Assembly (NCBI GenBank): GCA_965112155.1
Contig: OZ218108.1
Source: Podarcis liolepis
Lineage: Eukaryota
Direction: 5' to 3' (one strand)
Length of the DNA stretch: 64,000 nt
Below are positions 62,401-64,000 of the stretch, piece by piece; position 1 is the first letter of the stretch; every line of letters begins with the position of its first letter. A program made the translations under genes and the position numbers. The notes below the pieces were generated by a model. The model saw nothing but the letters and a program-made list of their open reading frames with translations, was not told the DNA's origin and did not search any database.

Positions 62401-64000
62401 CTTTCTAATTCAGTATCCTTCCGGTGATGGCATCTGACTGATTTCTGAAATTTCTTGGGGGGGGGTGAGGTTGTGAGAGAACGGAAGAACTTTAAGAACT
62501 ACAAATCAAGAAAGAGAAAACTGTGCCATTTCCGAATATATTTAGAAAATTATGAAAACCACAAAAAAGTGTAGAGTTCCTGTTTCTGGCTTTGAAAACA
62601 GAATGTTGAGAATCAAGGGAAAATGTGAAGACAGACTGTTCTTGGGTTAGCCATTACTTATGAGCAAGAGAGTCAAGATTCTGTGCCAAAAATCCCAAAA
62701 TTCTACAGGAAGCAATCCCAGGTCGTGCGCCAAGAAAACTCAAATTCACAACTTAGAATAAATAATGCTGCAATGCGTTCATTTCCCCCCTCTTTTTTTC
62801 AAGTCTATAAGCTCCATATTTTTACATGGTTTTTTTTTTCTGAATCAAGTATTTGAATTGCTGTAGAACTGTTTTTTTCTAAGTAATGGCGGGAAGAGAG
62901 GTAGTGCATTTCACTGATTGCCTGTGGGGTCAAAGGATAGGAGAAAAACTGAGGGGGGAGGAATTAAGGGCAAAAGATGTGTTGGAAAGTGGATAGGAAG
63001 TGCCCAGGGCAGCCTTCCTCAACTTGATGTCCTCAAGATGTTTTGGGTTACAACTTGCATAATGCTAACCATTGGCTATGTTGTCTGATGGGGAGCTGTA
63101 TTTCAAAATACCTGGAGGACAGCAACTTCAAGAAGGCCTGTTTAAACAACCCAAAGCTCCTTACTTTACCCAAAAACTCCAGTAATCATAAATCCCTTCC
63201 TCTTGTCTCACCTACTTATAGTAGTAATCAGTGACAGGTGGTCATTGGGGCTGGTGGGGCAGTGGGCAAGTCAGAAAATGGCTAAAGGGCAGTAGTGTAA
63301 ATGCCACAAACAAACAGTCATTGGTAGATATAGTCACTTTTTTAATTGGTCCCACTCCTTTATCTTTAACAGGAGCCTCACACAGAAATTACATACAGAA
63401 AGCTTTCGATGGCATGGCTGTATTAACAGTGGCTTTCAGGCTGAAATTCTATAGATACGCTGAGAAGTAAGGCTCCCTGTAATCAAGGAGATCTAAACTT
63501 CAAGTTCCTGGAACCATGTACAATCCAATGTTGCTAGCACAAATTGTATACTTGAGCTCCAGGTACAAGATGATCTCCAAAGAATTTTTCCAGAGATTCC
63601 TGATTACAAAGAAACGTGGAAATTTTACACAGCAATGTGCACAATTTCACATTGGCAAGCCCTGTTATAATCAACTAAGGTTGCAATCCTCTATCCACTT
63701 ATCAGGTAGTAAACCTTATTTAACTCAGTGGGACAAACTTCTGAGTTGGCATGTGCAGGATGTTGCTGTAAATGTATCTGTGAACATGAGAAAAAAGAAA
63801 ACTCACACGCACTCCATACACCATAGAGGAGGCCTTCAAATGGATGTCTTCTGACAGCCCTCCAGAATAGAGAGTTGCACTTGTAAAGTCGGGCACAGGA
63901 ACACCTTTCTCCTGCTAGCGTTAGGAGAAAGAGAAGTTGCATACAGTCAAAGCACACAAAAAGGGAAATTGTTTCATCCCCTTGATCATTTTGGCTGCCC

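Noticed and set aside
52800-64000. Terminal exon of the expected neighbour NDUFS4
   Set aside because: No matching peptide was recognised on either strand. It probably lies beyond the window.

Overview
Vertebrate genomic DNA, most likely a squamate (lacertid-type lizard), inferred from its repeat content: Sauria SINE, RTE-BovB with a (CAA)n tail, a tRNA-Lys SINE with a CR1-type tail, CR1, L2 and L1. The only intact host coding sequence I recognise is the last coding exon of ARL15 (48742-48894, +), so bases 1-48741 are probably the long final ARL15 intron and the rest is 3'UTR and intergenic DNA. Most ORFs in the supplied track are noise or transposon fragments. The main observation is a 1538-bp non-autonomous hAT (Charlie-like) DNA transposon at 10732-12269, with 13-bp TIRs and a perfect 8-bp TSD. 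Its interior is CpG-island DNA carrying an intact copy of PPAT exon 1 (5'UTR, Kozak ATG, propeptide, catalytic Cys, splice donor), a second poly-Q first-exon-like piece and promoter motifs. This looks like a Pack-MULE-like 'Pack-hAT' gene-capture element. A second hAT element of another family (44470-45075) also carries foreign sequence, a BovB fragment. On the minus strand of the intron (about 0.3-19.5 kb) are stop-riddled exon remnants, one of which matches a RhoGEF DH domain (ECT2L-like), suggesting a dead nested gene. All protein identifications were made by eye from remembered sequences and need database confirmation.
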